A stretch of 59,757 bases of DNA, filler included, from Malassezia furfur (Eukaryota): the NCBI GenBank assembly GCA_052055015.1. It is 2 parts of 2 records of this genome, joined end to end, with 100 filler letters (N's around TTAATTAATTAA, not from the genome) between each part and the next. Parts side by side here need not be neighbours in the genome. Positions count along the whole stretch, not along the records: positions 30,288 to 59,757 come from JBQJIT010000103.1; 1 more part is not named here. One strand, 5' to 3'. The translations under genes were made by a program, and so were the position numbers. The notes under the pieces were generated by a model, which made no database searches, was not told where the DNA came from, and saw only the letters and a list, made by a program, of their open reading frames with translations. This document shows, piece by piece, positions 58,417-59,757 of the stretch (within the stretch, counting starts at the first letter, position 1; each line of letters opens with the position of its first letter).

Positions 58417-59757
58417 CTACGACGCGACGAGGGCAGCGCGTGGGGCGGCGGCGCCTTGGCGCGCGCGCTTGCGGGCAGCGACGTCGGACACTGTGGTGAG
58501 CAAGGGAAGCGTACACTTGAGCTGCTCGGGGAGCCAGTCGCCGTTGTTGATCAGGAGTACCTTCATCAGCGCGTGGTAGCGCAGGCCCGATAGCAGCTTG
58601 GGCGTGATCAAAAAGTACTGCCCAGCCTCGGGGCGGCAGGTGATCGCGACCATCTGGTCGTGGACGGCGCGCTCCGCACGGGGGTCCATGCCCTGGTTGA
58701 TCTCGTCCACAAGTGAGAAGGGCGAACGCGAGAGCTCGGTGAGACTCAGTAGATACAAAATGGTCGACAGCGAGCGTTCCTGGGGTCAGTCCGTCCACAC
58801 GTACACCGCCCGACTGCCGCTGGCCCGTGAGCGGCTTGAGCTGCTCCGTGTCGCGGAACTTGACGAGGATATCGATGCCCCACTTTTCGTAGTCGTCGTC
58901 GCGCGTAAGGCGGACTTCGCCCGCACAGCCAAGGCCTGCGTAAGAGCGGCAAATACGTACGCTGAAACGCTGCGGAAAACCGCTCGTTGATGTTGGCAAT
59001 GAGCGCCTCGAGCGCGGGGAGCCAGCGGTTCTGTGTGAGTGCGGCACACGTACCTCGACGCGCTGGATCGCCGTCTCGATCTGGGCCTGCTCGACACGCG
59101 CCGCGCGGATCGCCTCCTGGAGCGCAGCGACCTGCGCCTTGCGCGCGCGGAACGCCTCGACGACGTTGGCGCCGACGCCCCACGGGATGTCAAGCGCGGC
59201 CTGTGCGCTCTGCAGCTGCATCTCGAGCTGGTCGACGCTGTCGGTGTCGTCGAAGTACTGCTCGCGGAACAGCTCGCGCATCGCATCGTCGCACTCGTCC
59301 ATGCGCTGTTCGTAGCGCCGCTTGCATGCGAGCGTCTCTTCCTTGGCCTCGGTAAAGGTCGCGAGCGTCTGCTCGAGCGCGTGGTGTGCGTCGCGCAGCG
59401 CCGCCTGCTTCTCGCGCAGCGCCTCGGCACACCGCGTGCGCTGCGTCGCGTACGCCAAACTGCTCAGCACGAGCGTGTCGCACTCTTCGCGCGCGCGCAG
59501 CAGCGCCTCGAGCGTGCGCAGCAGGCGCTCGGCGAGTTTCGCGAGCTCGATCGCCAGCTTGCGCCGCTGCTCGCCAAGCTGCCGGCGCTGCACGGCGATC
59601 GGCGCACGCGCCTCTTCGCGCGCGAGCTTCTGGCGCTCGGCGTCGAGCAGCGCAAGCGTCTTGCGGTGCTCGGTCGCGAGGCGGTGCGCTTCGTGCTGGC
59701 GTGCGGCGAGCGCGTCGCGCTCGCGCGTGAGCTCGGCGTAGCGCGCGGCGTGCGTGT
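58417..59757 (-). CDS. SMC5: 3' part of structural maintenance of chromosomes protein 5, partial
   Basis: Coiled coil then QSGGERSLSTILYL, PFSLVDEINQGMDPRAER, QYFLITPKLL. Introns 59031-59053, 58936-58960, 58780-58804, 58491-58514. Confidence 0.95.

Overview
Very gene-dense, GC-rich fungal DNA with divergent promoters of 50-130 bp and about 75 hand-parsed GT-AG introns, mostly 21-30 nt. The architecture and gene content fit a basidiomycete yeast, most likely Malassezia (inference). An artificial 100-bp spacer (N44-TTAATTAATTAA-N44, 30188-30287) joins two contigs, so the two halves may not be adjacent in the genome. About 36 protein-coding genes are supported, mostly housekeeping (NHX1, SRP101, LST8, PMT2, eIF4A, SDO1, INO1, ARP5, YCG1, myosin-chitin synthase, DID2, MDM31, ANT1, UGP1, CAP2, SDS22, ARB1, HAP3, ERV14, SMC5). 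No tRNA, rRNA, transposon or CRISPR was recognised. The main highlight is a gene at 22526-24998 in which a complete PLP-homeostasis protein (YggS/PLPBP/PROSC) is inserted in frame inside a DUF89/ARMT1 damage-control phosphatase, with both sets of catalytic motifs retained. Other highlights: divergent CENP-H-like and CENP-K-like kinetochore genes, an alpha/beta hydrolase hidden from the ORF track by five micro-introns, a tandem SSU1-like pair (one copy frameshifted) beside a small Zn2Cys6 factor, a coiled-coil protein with a HAP1/TRAK-type CC1 box, and recurrent CACGTG promoter elements. All family calls come from motif recognition by eye, not database searches.
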